This document shows, piece by piece, positions 30,634-32,000 of a stretch of DNA of 32,000 bases; the first letter of the stretch is position 1, and every line of letters starts with the position of its first letter. Under the pieces are notes generated by a model that worked only from the letters and a program-made list of their open reading frames with translations, did no database searches and was not told the origin of the DNA. Source of the DNA: Wallemia ichthyophaga EXF-994 (Eukaryota > Fungi > Basidiomycota); contig NW_008806277.1 of the NCBI RefSeq assembly GCF_000400465.1, positions 390,001-422,000 on the forward strand, read 5' to 3'. A program made the position numbers and the translations under genes.

Positions 30634-31933
30634 TTATAAAACATCTTCCATCCTCTCTGTGACTTCTTCGACTGGAGGCATGAGCACGGCTTGGATGGTT
30701 GGTATGAGTTGTTGTCTCTGCCTCTCGAGGGCGAGACCATTGGCGAAGCGGATGAATGAAATAAGAGTGACATATGCATCATTCCCTGCGTTATGGTAGT
30801 AGTCGCGTGTCTCAAATGCACCTTTCGGAGTGTCAACTTTGAGAATTTGGCTAAAGTCACTAAGTGAGACACCTTCGAGATTGTCGCCGATACATGTTAA
30901 CAACCTGTTCGTATCCAAAACTTCGACCTGGAACTCTTCCTTTGATGATGACTCTGCTGGTATTGAGTAGTGCGTCGCGTTCGCGCTGTGTTTTCTTCCT
31001 TTCAGCTGGAACATCGTGTCTAGTGATAGCATGTCATTCTTCACGCCATGCATAACCATCACCACCTTCTCATTGGCAATGGGGGTGAGAAGCTGCTTCA
31101 AAAATACCCGCGTTTCTTGTAAATTCAGCTGCTGACTCTTCCCATGTCTGAAATTGAATCTATTATCAGTCACGTAATTGCCATTCTTGTAGCGGGTATG
31201 ATCAGTGATTATGATATGTCCAGGTGTGATGACTTGATTCTCATTCTCAAAGTGTAGCTGAGAATAGCCAATTTCAGTGATCACCATGTGGTCAAGCTCC
31301 CAGCTCTCAACATCGACCGCGACATAACGCACTTTGAGGAAGCCCTTCTTGCCGTCATCAAAATCAGATCTAACACGCTCAAAGTAATATGATGATAGGT
31401 CGTGAGTACTAATGTTATCATCTCCTCCACGTTTCTTGGATTTGCCTTGACGGTGAAATCTCCTCATATCGCGGGTTAGTTCAGATGGGATAGTGTACGT
31501 CGTAGGAGTTATATGCGAGTATTGCGATAAATCAACGTAAGATGCTGACGATGGCAGTGGTAAACAAGCTGGACTGAGCTCATTCTCTAAGCAGATTCTA
31601 TAGCGAAGGTATTCAATATGCCGGGAAGGGATCAAGAATCGCCTAGAGCCATCGCCAGACATTGCCAGTTTCAACTCAATCCCTGTCTCTTCGTTGTAAA
31701 GATACGAGCTTGGTTCAGATAAGCTCTTTAATGCCGTTTTGAGTAGGGTGCGTGCTTCCTCGTGCTTCACTCGCGGTGCCCACTATAAACCGTATCAGTG
31801 GCTTTCTTTGTTTGCGATTATACTAACACTGTAGAGTATATCTGAAGGCGATGTGAGCGGGACTAACAGATAGCTTTATTAATTATTCACCGCTTAATTT
31901 ATACAAGCCATGCTTTCCGATATCGATGCTCAT
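30634..31933 (-). CDS. Gfd2/YDR514C/QIP-like DEDDh 3'-5' exonuclease-fold protein, 401 aa, 3 exons
   Basis: Motifs VAVDVESWE (D,E), ITEIG, NGNYV.DNR..F.HG.S, HGVKND (D), LDT, YHNAGNDA (H,D). Introns 31842-31890 and 31783-31827 flank a 14-nt exon and link ATG 31933 to the ORF. Exon total 1206 nt. Confidence 0.82.
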
Positions 31934-32000
31934 GACATCCAAGCAACGAAGAAGATCAAAGAATTTGAACAAAATACGCGTTAAAATATATTAGCATAGA

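Noticed and set aside
1-32000. tRNA/rRNA genes, transposable elements, CRISPR arrays
   Set aside because: No cloverleaf or rRNA-like sequence, no RT/transposase ORF or terminal repeats, and no repeat-spacer arrays seen. Nearly all sequence is assigned to protein-coding genes. Small ncRNAs cannot be excluded without a covariance-model search.

Overview
Gene-dense fungal genomic DNA. The basidiomycete-like proteins, compact layout and introns of almost exclusively 42-55 nt suggest a Wallemia-like genome, but this is inference. I reconstructed 15 protein-coding genes by hand from GT-AG boundaries and frame continuity: an orphan (23-943), RNR2, ESF2, a KRE6/SKN1-type GH16, a ferric reductase, SEC63, a type II membrane protein with a DUF4097-like tail, an atypical SDR, a long low-complexity orphan ending in an AT-hook, an MFS sugar/polyol transporter, a small disordered orphan, a ~1489-aa Ulp2/SENP6-7-like SUMO protease, NDUFA9, a SYLF/Ysc84 protein lacking SH3, CDC14 and a Gfd2/QIP-like DEDDh nuclease (16 counting the small orphan separately). 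I saw no RNA genes, transposons or CRISPR arrays. The top lead is an unannotated ~120-140 aa domain, possibly PH-like, shared by three genes: the N-terminal region of the SUMO protease and the C-termini of two protease-less orphans. Other leads are a 4-nt micro-exon in the transporter, an A10 run where the upstream frame of the 13.6-15.8 kb orphan breaks, a GC-rich intron-poor block (3.5-13.5 kb), a TAATAATG x3 repeat with 11-bp period, and 53-87 bp gaps between tandem genes. All homology calls are by eye; no searches were run.
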